From Candidatus Saccharimonadota bacterium (GTDB lineage: Bacteria > Pseudomonadota > Gammaproteobacteria > Enterobacterales > Enterobacteriaceae), in the NCBI GenBank assembly GCA_041941795.1, contig CP145872.1, forward strand, positions 330,001 through 362,000: 32,000 nt of DNA. The letters run 5' to 3'. The first letter of the stretch is position 1; every line of letters starts with the position of its first letter. Positions 11,263 through 20,263 of the stretch are shown here, one piece after another. Both the position numbers and the translations under genes were made by a program. The notes under the pieces are model-generated. The model was not told the origin of the DNA. It made no database searches and saw nothing but the letters and a program-made list of their open reading frames with translations.

Positions 11263-12602
11263 TCTTGATTAGAATATTTTTTATTCCATTTTAAGAACCA
11301 GGAAAGAGATTTCTGCGGAGCTCCATCTTGAGTAATGAATAATTCTAGGGCAGCAATTAATTTATTACCATAAAAAATTAATGGAATCCGATGTCGCATC
11401 CACGGTGGTACATTTAATTCCTGCCATATTTTTTTAATATGACGACTCCCCTCACGTCCTAAAAGATAAAATCTGTCTCGAACCTTAAAACGAATAGTAA
11501 TATGATTTAATTCTTTGAGTGAAGGAGATCGGACATTTATACCCTCTTCTCCATCAAACTGAACACTTCCTAATTTAGAGGGAAGTTTTAAAGTTCTCCA
11601 CGGAGAAGACCAGGGAATAATAATATCTTCTAATGAAGGTAGAAGATCAATAGAGTAGATGGCGTTGCGAAAACGGCGAATTTCATATTTGCCAATTATT
11701 ACACAAGGAGTCGCATCTCGACGACTACATATCACATCTTTCCAGATACATTTAATTTGTAGATAAGAGGGAATAATTTGTTTCTGAGCTAACCAATACC
11801 GTAAGATCTCCGAACGATACACTTCACTATATTTATATAAATCATCTATGCGAAGAGATCCATCTGATCGTATTAAGCTGGTTACTAATGGAGTTAATAA
11901 TTCATATACTAAATTAACCTGATCACTACATAATTTAGCACTACGAGCAACATTTTGACAAAAATAAGGCCATTTCTTATTAAGTAGCGGAAGTATTTTT
12001 AGGCGCAAAAAATTTCTATCTAGATGTAGATCATCATTACTTTCATCATTGATCCAGGATAATTGATGGACTTGTGCCCAGGTGTGAATTTGGGTCAAAC
12101 TTTGGAGTAACATGGGACGAAGGATAATTGTCTGCTTTTCTCTGATTTTAATTAAATCCCGCATTGCGGCTAAACCACTAGGACCACTACCTCGTTTTAA
12201 TGCCAACAAAAAAGTTTCACATTGATCATTAAGATGATGGGCTGTTAACAATACTTCTTTATCTCTAATGACTTGATCACATGCATTATAACGTGCTTTC
12301 CTACAAGCTGATTCGAGTCCATGTGCTTTTATTTCTTGTACATTTATCTGAATTTTCACTATTGAGAGAGGAATATTCCATACTTTACATTGTTGCTGAC
12401 AATGCAATAACCAAGAATCTGCATTTCTACTAATATTATGATGTATATGAATAGCGCGCAAATGTATGTAGGGACATAATTTACGTAATTGAATTAATTG
12501 ATGTAATAAGACCGTAGAATCTACTCCCCCACTATAAGCTAACAGAAAATGTCTATATCCTAGAAGATTATAGTAAAGATTGTGTAATATTTTTTTTTCC
12601 AT
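11259..12602 (-). CDS. tilS: tRNA(Ile)-lysidine synthase
   Basis: 447-aa product with the PP-loop SGGVDS (LLAYSGGVDSTVLLHQL), HHLNDQCETFLLALKRGSG, and the C-terminal KKIWQELNVPPWMR, matching E. coli TilS. Confidence 0.93.
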   Translation of the reverse strand: MEKKILHNLYYNLLGYRHFLLAYSGGVDSTVLLHQLIQLRKLCPYIHLRAIHIHHNISRNADSWLLHCQQQCKVWNIPLSIVKIQINVQEIKAHGLESACRKARYNACDQVIRDKEVLLTAHHLNDQCETFLLALKRGSGPSGLAAMRDLIKIREKQTIILRPMLLQSLTQIHTWAQVHQLSWINDESNDDLHLDRNFLRLKILPLLNKKWPYFCQNVARSAKLCSDQVNLVYELLTPLVTSLIRSDGSLRIDDLYKYSEVYRSEILRYWLAQKQIIPSYLQIKCIWKDVICSRRDATPCVIIGKYEIRRFRNAIYSIDLLPSLEDIIIPWSSPWRTLKLPSKLGSVQFDGEEGINVRSPSLKELNHITIRFKVRDRFYLLGREGSRHIKKIWQELNVPPWMRHRIPLIFYGNKLIAALELFITQDGAPQKSLSWFLKWNKKYSNQD

Positions 12603-12628
12603 TGAGAAATGAGACTACTTAATAGTTA

Positions 12629-15600
12629 TTACTCATTGAATTCAACAAAAACATGTTTGGAACCTAAGAGGGAACGAAGTTCATTAAGTAAATGATTACT
12701 TACGCATACTTTAAATGCTGATCCACACACTAATTTTACTGGTTGTACTTTTGATCTATCCCCACTATAATAGAAAATATAGACGGGAATTATTTTTTTA
12801 ACTTTGGAAGTATGTTTCTCTAAAGTATCACGTACCTGTCTTAAAATGGATTGGTCACATTGTTCAGATTTAATTAAAATCGTTAAATTTTTTGCATATT
12901 TTATGCGTTCTTCTTCAATATCTTTTACTTCATAAGCGGTAATAGAAATGTTCTGATCTATACTGAAATCAGTAAAATTAATTTTTCCTCTGACAATTAT
13001 AATTCTATCTTTTTCTATGTACTGTCTATAATTATCTAATATTTTGGAAAAAAATAATACTTCTATAGTACTACTTTTATCATCTAAAGTACATATTCCT
13101 ATTCTTGTCCCAGCTTTTGTAATTGTCGTGCGAAAAGCAATTACTATTCCAGCAACCTTAATCGGCTTGCCCGCTTTAAAGGATTGAATATCTTTTAATC
13201 GAATTCCTCCTGTATAAAATAATATTTCTTTGAGAAAGGGATTAAGAGGATGTCCACTGAAATATATTCCTAATGTATCTCGTTCTCCTGATAAAATCTG
13301 TATTTCACTCCACGGCATAATATTACTAGATAAATTCTCGGGAACCAATTTGTCTCCTAAGATACTAAACATATCTTTTTGACTCTTGGAAGTTTTATGA
13401 AGTTGATTTGATGCTGTTAAAACAGAATTTAAATTCATGTGCAAAGCTGCTCTATGCGTTCCTAGCTCATCTAGAGCTCCAGATAAAATTAATTTTTCTA
13501 GTAAACGACGATTAAGATCTTTATTAGGAGTACGTGTACATAGATCATATAAATCTGAAAATTTTCCACCTATTTTTCTTGAGTGAAGAAGAGCATGAAT
13601 AGTGCCATATCCAACTCCTTTAATAGCTCCTAGACCATATATTATTTCTCCTTGGTTATTAACATAAAAATGATATTGGCTCTGATTAATATTCGGTGGT
13701 AAGATTTTGAGGCCCATGCGCCAACATTCTTGAACTAAACGAACAACTTTTTCATTATTATCTATTTCCGAAGTCATAACTGCGGCCATAAACTCAGCAG
13801 GAAAGTGTGATTTTAACCATAGAGTTTGATAAGTAATTAATGCATAAGCTGCCGAATGTGATTTGTTAAAACCATATCCAGCAAATTTTTCTAATATATC
13901 GAATATTTTCATAGCTAAAACGTCATCAATTCCTTTTTTACTCGCCCCTGTTCTAAAAATAGAACGTTGTTTAGACATCTCTATAGGATTTTTTTTACTC
14001 ATCGCGCGTCGAAGCAAATCTGATTCTCCAAGTGTATAACCAGCAAGCACTTGGGCTATTTTCATGACTTGTTCTTGATAGAGAATAATACCGTAAGTAG
14101 GATTTAATATTTTTTTGAGGGATGAATGTTGCCAGCAATGATCAGGATATGCAATTGGTTCCCGTCCGTGTTTACGATTAATGAAATTATCTACCATTCC
14201 GGATTGTAATGGTCCAGGACGGAATAAGGCTACTAAAGCTATGAGATCCTCAAAACAATCGGGTTTTAATCGTTTGATTAACTTTTTCATTCCCGGCGAT
14301 TCTAGTTGAAAAATAGCTGTAGTCTCCGCTTGTTGTAAGAGAACAAATGTTTGAGGATCATTGAGAGGAATTGATTTAAGATCAATAAATAATTCATCTA
14401 AATTTTTTTGTCGTGCTCTTATACTATTTAAAGTATAATTAATGATTGTTAGGGTGCGTAATCCTAGAAAGTCAAATTTTACTAACCCTATATCTTCAAT
14501 ATCATTTTTATCATATTGTGTAACTTGATTTTGTCCATTTTCATCACAGTAAATAGGTGTCAAATCAGTTATTCGGGTAGGTGCAATCACTACTCCACCC
14601 GCATGCTTACTTACATTTTTCATCACTCCTTCTAATTTATGCGCCAGTTCTATTAAAATCTTCACTTCTTTATCTGTATTATAGATTTCCGATAATCTAG
14701 CTTCTAGAGAAAACGATTTTTCTAAAGTAATTCCGGGCTCTACAGGAATAAGCTTCGCAATTCGATCTACAAAAGCATAAGGATGACCAAGTACTCTTCC
14801 TACATCTCGAATAACACCTTTAGCTGCCATTGTGCCAAAAGTTATAATTTGTGATACACAATGTCTTCCATATTTCTCCGCTACATGTTCTATAACAGAA
14901 TCACGTTTTTCCATACAAAAATCAATATCCAAATCCGGCATAGAAATCCGTTCAGGATTAAGAAAACGTTCAAATAACAAATCAAATGCTATGGGATTTA
15001 TATCCGTGATATTTAGTGTGTAAGCTACTAATGAACCCGCTCCGGAACCTCGTCCTGGTCCTACTGGAATGCCTTTATTTTTAGCCCATTGAATAAATTC
15101 CATAACAATGAGAAAATATCCGGCAAATTTCATTTGATTAATTACTTTTAATTCCATCTTTAAACGATCATTATATATGGGACGTTTATTATTACGTTCT
15201 AGTGGATCAGAGAATAATTCTTGTAAACGTTTTTCGAGACCTTGTTGACATTGAACGACTAAATAATTTTCTATACTACTATTGTGGGTAGTAAATTGTG
15301 GTAAGAAATAGGTGGATCCTATAGATAAAGTTACATTACAACGTTTAGCTATTTCTACACTATTTTCTAATGCTTGAGGCATAAGATCAAATAAACAACA
15401 CATTTCCTCTTCGGTGCGCAGATATTGCTGCGCACTATATTGACGAGGACGTTTAGGATCATGAAGGGTCAAACTATGATAAATAGCTACTCGGATTTCG
15501 TGAGCTTCAAAATCCGAAGGATCAAGAAAACACACTTCATTTGCAGCAACTACAGGAATATTATTTTGAATACTTAATCTAAGTGCCGATTGTAAATACT

Positions 15601-16138
15601 CCTCTTCTTTTTCTCGACCCGTACGTACTAATTCCAGATAAAAGCGATCCGGAAAATTTTTTTTATAAAATTTAACACATTCTTTTACGAAGGAATGATT
15701 TCTTCGGATTAATCCTTTACCAATATCCCCTTTCACTCCGCCTGATAGTAATAATATTCCTTCGGCATATTTTTCTAACCATTCTCTCTTTATGAGAGGT
15801 CCTTCCTTCTCATATCCATTTTGATAAGAACGAGAAATGATTTTCAGAAGATTTTTATATCCTGTATTATTAAGAGCTAATACAGTAAGATTACAAACTT
15901 CTTGTTCTAGGAAAGGATTAGTAATTTTTATATCACTACCTAAAATAGGTTTAATACCAGCTTGTCGTGCTAATTTATAGAACTTGATTAATCCAAAAAG
16001 ATTACTAGTATCTGTTAAAGCAAGAGCGGGCATTTTTAATTCGGCTGCTTTATTAACTAGAAGCCTAATTTTAGCTAAACCATTTCGAAGAGAATATTCA
16101 CTGTGAATATGCAAATGTATAAAACGGGGAGAACTCAT
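12629..16138 (-). CDS. dnaE: DNA polymerase III subunit alpha
   Basis: 1169-aa product ([16 protein letters not shown]..., PHP domain), collinear with E. coli DnaE throughout (e.g. [25 protein letters not shown]). Confidence 0.98.
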   Translation of the reverse strand: MSSPRFIHLHIHSEYSLRNGLAKIRLLVNKAAELKMPALALTDTSNLFGLIKFYKLARQAGIKPILGSDIKITNPFLEQEVCNLTVLALNNTGYKNLLKIISRSYQNGYEKEGPLIKREWLEKYAEGILLLSGGVKGDIGKGLIRRNHSFVKECVKFYKKNFPDRFYLELVRTGREKEEEYLQSALRLSIQNNIPVVAANEVCFLDPSDFEAHEIRVAIYHSLTLHDPKRPRQYSAQQYLRTEEEMCCLFDLMPQALENSVEIAKRCNVTLSIGSTYFLPQFTTHNSSIENYLVVQCQQGLEKRLQELFSDPLERNNKRPIYNDRLKMELKVINQMKFAGYFLIVMEFIQWAKNKGIPVGPGRGSGAGSLVAYTLNITDINPIAFDLLFERFLNPERISMPDLDIDFCMEKRDSVIEHVAEKYGRHCVSQIITFGTMAAKGVIRDVGRVLGHPYAFVDRIAKLIPVEPGITLEKSFSLEARLSEIYNTDKEVKILIELAHKLEGVMKNVSKHAGGVVIAPTRITDLTPIYCDENGQNQVTQYDKNDIEDIGLVKFDFLGLRTLTIINYTLNSIRARQKNLDELFIDLKSIPLNDPQTFVLLQQAETTAIFQLESPGMKKLIKRLKPDCFEDLIALVALFRPGPLQSGMVDNFINRKHGREPIAYPDHCWQHSSLKKILNPTYGIILYQEQVMKIAQVLAGYTLGESDLLRRAMSKKNPIEMSKQRSIFRTGASKKGIDDVLAMKIFDILEKFAGYGFNKSHSAAYALITYQTLWLKSHFPAEFMAAVMTSEIDNNEKVVRLVQECWRMGLKILPPNINQSQYHFYVNNQGEIIYGLGAIKGVGYGTIHALLHSRKIGGKFSDLYDLCTRTPNKDLNRRLLEKLILSGALDELGTHRAALHMNLNSVLTASNQLHKTSKSQKDMFSILGDKLVPENLSSNIMPWSEIQILSGERDTLGIYFSGHPLNPFLKEILFYTGGIRLKDIQSFKAGKPIKVAGIVIAFRTTITKAGTRIGICTLDDKSSTIEVLFFSKILDNYRQYIEKDRIIIVRGKINFTDFSIDQNISITAYEVKDIEEERIKYAKNLTILIKSEQCDQSILRQVRDTLEKHTSKVKKIIPVYIFYYSGDRSKVQPVKLVCGSAFKVCVSNHLLNELRSLLGSKHVFVEFNE

Positions 16139-16376
16139 AAGTTTCTCTTCTCAGAAAGAGAAGAAGATAAAACTTTTATCATAAACAAGCTTTTTGAGCA
16201 GTCATTTTTATCATTATGCATTAATAGTTTTCTGATCACTTTCATATTTATTATGTTAAATGTTTATTTTTTCTTGAAGAAGATAAATGCTAATAATTAG
16301 CATCCACGTGATGGTCATTAGAAAATATAAATCTCATGCCACAACTATAGTTAGTATTTCGTGATATTTATACTAA

Positions 16377-16799
16377 TTATAATAATTTACGAAATAATTT
16401 CATTGAGGATTCGCATGCTACTTCATTATTAACTTGAGCAATACCGTGACAAATTGATAAACCCAAACGATTTTGAATAATTTTGACCTGTAAAATTAAT
16501 TGATCGCCTGGTAAAACGATCCGTTTAAATATAGCTTGATCAATGGCGGATAAATAATAAATTTCATTATCCGATCGTCGAATGCTTTTTTTTAATAATA
16601 TTACTGCCGCTTGAGCTATAGCTTCAAGTATTAATACCCCGGGGAAAATCGGTTTTTTAGGAAAATGACCTTGACAATATATTTCATTGAAAGAAATATT
16701 TTTAACTGCCCGTAAAGTATTGGCTTCTGAGTATGATAAAACTCGATCAATAAGTAAAAAAGGATAACGATGTGGTAATAGTTGTAAAATTTCTTCCAT
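16377..16799 (-). CDS. fabZ: 3-hydroxyacyl-[ACP] dehydratase FabZ
   Basis: 140-aa product with LLPHRYPFLLIDRV and GHFPKKPIFPGVLILEAIAQA, matching the E. coli FabZ catalytic His/Glu region. Confidence 0.93.
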   Translation of the reverse strand: MEEILQLLPHRYPFLLIDRVLSYSEANTLRAVKNISFNEIYCQGHFPKKPIFPGVLILEAIAQAAVILLKKSIRRSDNEIYYLSAIDQAIFKRIVLPGDQLILQVKIIQNRLGLSICHGIAQVNNEVACESSMKLFRKLL

Positions 16800-17066
16800 A
16801 ATATCCCTTAAAATTTATTAATCTCACTTCTCATTCTTACAGATCAATCAAAATACTGTCTAACTTTAAAGTCAAGTATAGTAAAAAATGATGAAAAATA
16901 TGCTCCCTAATAGCATTATTCTATCTGAATAGAATTCTTCTTCTCTTTTTTATGAAAAGAGGAGCAGGAAATATCGATTTCAGGATAGTAAATCATCTTA
17001 TCTAGGATACTATTTATCTTAAAATTATTTAGTGACTAATCCATATTTTCTTGATGATAACATTAT

Positions 17067-17087
17067 CTTAATCTTTTCAAGATTAAG
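17067..17087. repeat. Perfect 9-bp inverted repeat (CTTAATCTT-ttc-AAGATTAAG) in the skp-fabZ spacer
   Basis: Read directly from the sequence. The stem is nearly all A/T, so its stability and function are uncertain. Confidence 0.5.
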
Positions 17088-17111
17088 TTCACTAATTTTA
17101 GTTTAAATCAT

Positions 17112-17132
17112 AACTTCTAACTATTAGAAGTT
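17112..17132. repeat. Perfect 9-bp inverted repeat (AACTTCTAA-cta-TTAGAAGTT) about 50 nt downstream of the skp stop
   Basis: Read directly from the sequence. It could be a weak skp terminator stem, but no convincing T-tract follows it on the minus strand. Confidence 0.5.
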
Positions 17133-17179
17133 TAATTTCTTAATTAAATATTTTCACTCTCCTAGTCATTTTATAATTA

Positions 17180-17686
17180 TTATTGGATTTTTTTTAAAAC
17201 TTGTTCTGTAATATCAGGTAGATCATGGGCATAAAGAATTACATTAGAATCTAATACCACATTATATTTATCATTATGAGCTACTTGTTCTACCGCTTCT
17301 CGAATCATCTTAATAATTTTATTTTGTTCTTCCCATTGTCGACGATGTTTATCGTTTTCAAAATCTTCAATCTTGGCGGCAAATGCTTTACGTTGAAGCA
17401 TTAATTCTTGCTCTAATTCTTTATGTTCCTGAGAATTTAAACTATTTCCTTGGAGTTGGTGTGATTTAGTATCTAGATTTACCGCCATATTTTCTAATGC
17501 ACTTGCTCTCTCTTTAAATTCTTGTTCTAGATTTTTTGAAATCACTTCCATTTGTGGTAACTGTTGAAAAATTTGTCCTATATTTACTACCGCAAATTTA
17601 TTGAGTAAGTTTGCAGCGTGTATGGTAGTAGAAAAAAATATTAAGTTAAATAAGATGGTTATTAACACTTTAGGATATAATTTCAT
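17180..17686 (-). CDS. skp: Periplasmic chaperone Skp (OmpH)
   Basis: 168 aa with an N-terminal signal-like segment. FAVVNIGQIFQQLPQ and the C-terminal DITEQVLKKIQ align to E. coli Skp (IAIVNMGSLFQQV...DITADVLKQVK). It lies immediately downstream of bamA, as in E. coli. Confidence 0.9.
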   Translation of the reverse strand: MKLYPKVLITILFNLIFFSTTIHAANLLNKFAVVNIGQIFQQLPQMEVISKNLEQEFKERASALENMAVNLDTKSHQLQGNSLNSQEHKELEQELMLQRKAFAAKIEDFENDKHRRQWEEQNKIIKMIREAVEQVAHNDKYNVVLDSNVILYAHDLPDITEQVLKKIQ

Positions 17687-17769
17687 TCTTATAAAAATCC
17701 TTGTAAATAATTTTATGGTTAGAATAGTTGTTAACTAACATGAAAAATGTAGTGTTTTGAATCATATAT

Positions 17770-20256
17770 TTACCAACTGGTACCTAAGCTAAACTGAAAT
17801 TTTTCTATTCTATCATCGCTGTTATTTTTTAGTGGCTGAGAATAAGCTAATAATATTGAACCTAAGGGAGAATGCCATTGAAAGGATATTCCCGTGGATA
17901 CTAATATTCTATTAGGATCACTATAATCTCGGATATTGTATGGTGGAGTGGAGAAGATATTAGATGATTTTTGATCCCAAACCGTTCCAAAATCAATAAA
18001 TATTGAAGAACGCATAAAACCTAGCCAGCTTTTCAGAGGCATTAATACTTCAATACTACCAATAGTCATAATATTGCCGCCTCTTCCATCTTGAGAGCTG
18101 CACATCTGTATATCATGTCCACAAAAATGTTCTTCAGTATCATAATAAATAATTTTAGGTCCTACTGAATTAACTTTAAAACCCCGTAAAGAACGGAGGC
18201 CTCCTACATTAAAATTGAAAAATAAAGAAGGATTATTCTCCCTAAATCCAGCGCTATATCCCATATGACTTTGTACCAATAAAATCATCTTATTATTTAT
18301 TTTTATACTGAGGGGAATATATTGTACTGTATCAAAGATTATTTGATAATAAGCAGAAAGCGCAAAAGGAAGATAAAATTTTTCGTTTAGTTGAGTATCA
18401 TTACCATATTTAGGAAATTCTTTTTCGACAAGATTCGAATATGCCAACCCTAATTTAAAACTGAAATTATTATCACTAACATTATCCGTAGGGAACCTAT
18501 AAATTAGGTGAGGAATCTTACTGAGAGAATATAAATATTTCCAGATAGTTAACTGCGGCGATATATCTGAGATATCATTATGATTAAAACCTATTCCTAT
18601 ATTCACGAAATTACTTCGCCATACTGGATATGCTATATTTTCCTCAAACCCATAACTTCTATGAGAGTATTTATATTCAGTAAAATTAGTCTCATTATAA
18701 TCCCTAAAAGTATTGGTATAGTAAATATATTTACTAACCTTCATATTTTTAATAGTAAAGAGTGGATTTGTTAATGTCATTTCTGCATGGATCTTATAGT
18801 TGCTTTTTATTCCGCCAAAATTGGCTTTATATCCTTCTCCCAGCCAATTGTTTTGGTGTAAAAAGGTTTGGTAATCTACTTTTCCTTCCGTGCTATATGA
18901 AACTCCAAAATTAATCATTCCGGCAGTCTTTATTTCCTTTAATTTATATAAAAGATTCACTTTATCATCGTTTTCTAAAACCGGAGTAGGTATTATATTG
19001 ACACTTTTGAAATAACCTGTACTATCTAGTATATCTTTACTATGTTCTACTAAATTACCATTATATCTTGTTCCTTCTAATTGACCAATTTTATGTCGTA
19101 AAAACAAATTATCTGTAATATAATTTCCTTTGAAAAATACTTTATCAATATCATACTGTTCACCTCCTCTAACATCGATCCATATTTGCACTGAATGATT
19201 TAGATCATTAAATTTTAAATTCGTATTTATAGTAGGCCACACATAACCATAACCTTTTAAAATTTTTCTTAGGTAACTTTCTAAGAAAAAAACTTTTTTT
19301 CTTTTATACCATTCTCCTGTCCTAATTCCTGCTCCTTGATTAATAAAAAATTGTTTATGACAATTTAATTGATTAATTCTTATATCACAGCAGTGAATAA
19401 TAACTTTGTTAATTTTATATCGTCTACCTTCATGAAGGGAGATAGTAACATCAACTAATTGAGTCTCGGGAGTAAAGAAGACTTGAGTTGCAGCAATGTA
19501 GAAATGTGCATAACCTCTATCCAGATAGAAAGTACTTAAATTTTTTAGACCCTGTATTAAACGATTTTTCTCATATTCAGATTTTCTTACAAACCATTGC
19601 CACCAGAAAATATTTTCTTGACGTTTTAAATATCCTGTCAATTTTCTATCAGAAAATGATGTATTCCCTAATATCTTAATATTATTAATTCTGGCAGTTT
19701 TACCTTCACAAAATACTATTTTTATACCGACTCGCTGATGACGTAATGATTTAACAATAACCTTGATATGAGCAGTAAATTCTCCATTATTATAGTAGTA
19801 GTTTTGGAAATTTTCTTCTATTAGATTCCATAAATATGGATCAAAAAGAGCACCTTCTTGAATTCCTTGCTGGTCTAAATATTTCCTAATATTTTTAGTA
19901 CTCAGATGTTTATTACCAGAAATTTTTATACTAGCTATAAGCGGACGTTCTTGTACCTTAAGTATTAAAATATTATTTACTCGTAATATCTGAATATCAT
20001 TAAATTGTCTAGAAGAAAACAAAGCACGAATAGTGTTACTAATATCTTCTCCTGTTATTAAATCTCCACTACGAATGGGTAAACTAATTGAGGCTTCCTT
20101 AACCGTAATTCGATGTAATCCTTGAAAATAGAGTTCTTCTACCACAAAACCATCTTTCCCAATTACCTTGGGACTAAAGAATAATAATAAGAAAATGCAA
20201 AATTTTTTTTTCTTCTTGCTATTGATTAATTGACCAATGAATTTGAATAAATTCAT
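17770..20256 (-). CDS. bamA: Outer membrane protein assembly factor BamA
   Basis: 828 aa. The POTRA region (DGFVVEELYFQGLHRITV, ISNTIRALF) and the beta-barrel through the C-terminal EKFQFSLGTSW are collinear with the ~810-aa E. coli BamA. Confidence 0.95.
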   Translation of the reverse strand: MNLFKFIGQLINSKKKKKFCIFLLLFFSPKVIGKDGFVVEELYFQGLHRITVKEASISLPIRSGDLITGEDISNTIRALFSSRQFNDIQILRVNNILILKVQERPLIASIKISGNKHLSTKNIRKYLDQQGIQEGALFDPYLWNLIEENFQNYYYNNGEFTAHIKVIVKSLRHQRVGIKIVFCEGKTARINNIKILGNTSFSDRKLTGYLKRQENIFWWQWFVRKSEYEKNRLIQGLKNLSTFYLDRGYAHFYIAATQVFFTPETQLVDVTISLHEGRRYKINKVIIHCCDIRINQLNCHKQFFINQGAGIRTGEWYKRKKVFFLESYLRKILKGYGYVWPTINTNLKFNDLNHSVQIWIDVRGGEQYDIDKVFFKGNYITDNLFLRHKIGQLEGTRYNGNLVEHSKDILDSTGYFKSVNIIPTPVLENDDKVNLLYKLKEIKTAGMINFGVSYSTEGKVDYQTFLHQNNWLGEGYKANFGGIKSNYKIHAEMTLTNPLFTIKNMKVSKYIYYTNTFRDYNETNFTEYKYSHRSYGFEENIAYPVWRSNFVNIGIGFNHNDISDISPQLTIWKYLYSLSKIPHLIYRFPTDNVSDNNFSFKLGLAYSNLVEKEFPKYGNDTQLNEKFYLPFALSAYYQIIFDTVQYIPLSIKINNKMILLVQSHMGYSAGFRENNPSLFFNFNVGGLRSLRGFKVNSVGPKIIYYDTEEHFCGHDIQMCSSQDGRGGNIMTIGSIEVLMPLKSWLGFMRSSIFIDFGTVWDQKSSNIFSTPPYNIRDYSDPNRILVSTGISFQWHSPLGSILLAYSQPLKNNSDDRIEKFQFSLGTSW

Positions 20257-20263
20257 CTCTTTG

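Noticed and set aside
14832-15023. A 63-aa + strand ORF.
   Set aside because: It is antisense inside dnaE.
16103-16300. A 65-aa + strand ORF in the dnaE-fabZ spacer.
   Set aside because: It overlaps the dnaE start codon region in antisense. Its Phe/Ile/Asn/Lys-rich, low-complexity product is typical of AT-rich non-coding DNA, and it has no SD.
18580-19679. Two + strand ORFs (18580-18774, 19488-19679).
   Set aside because: Both are antisense inside bamA.
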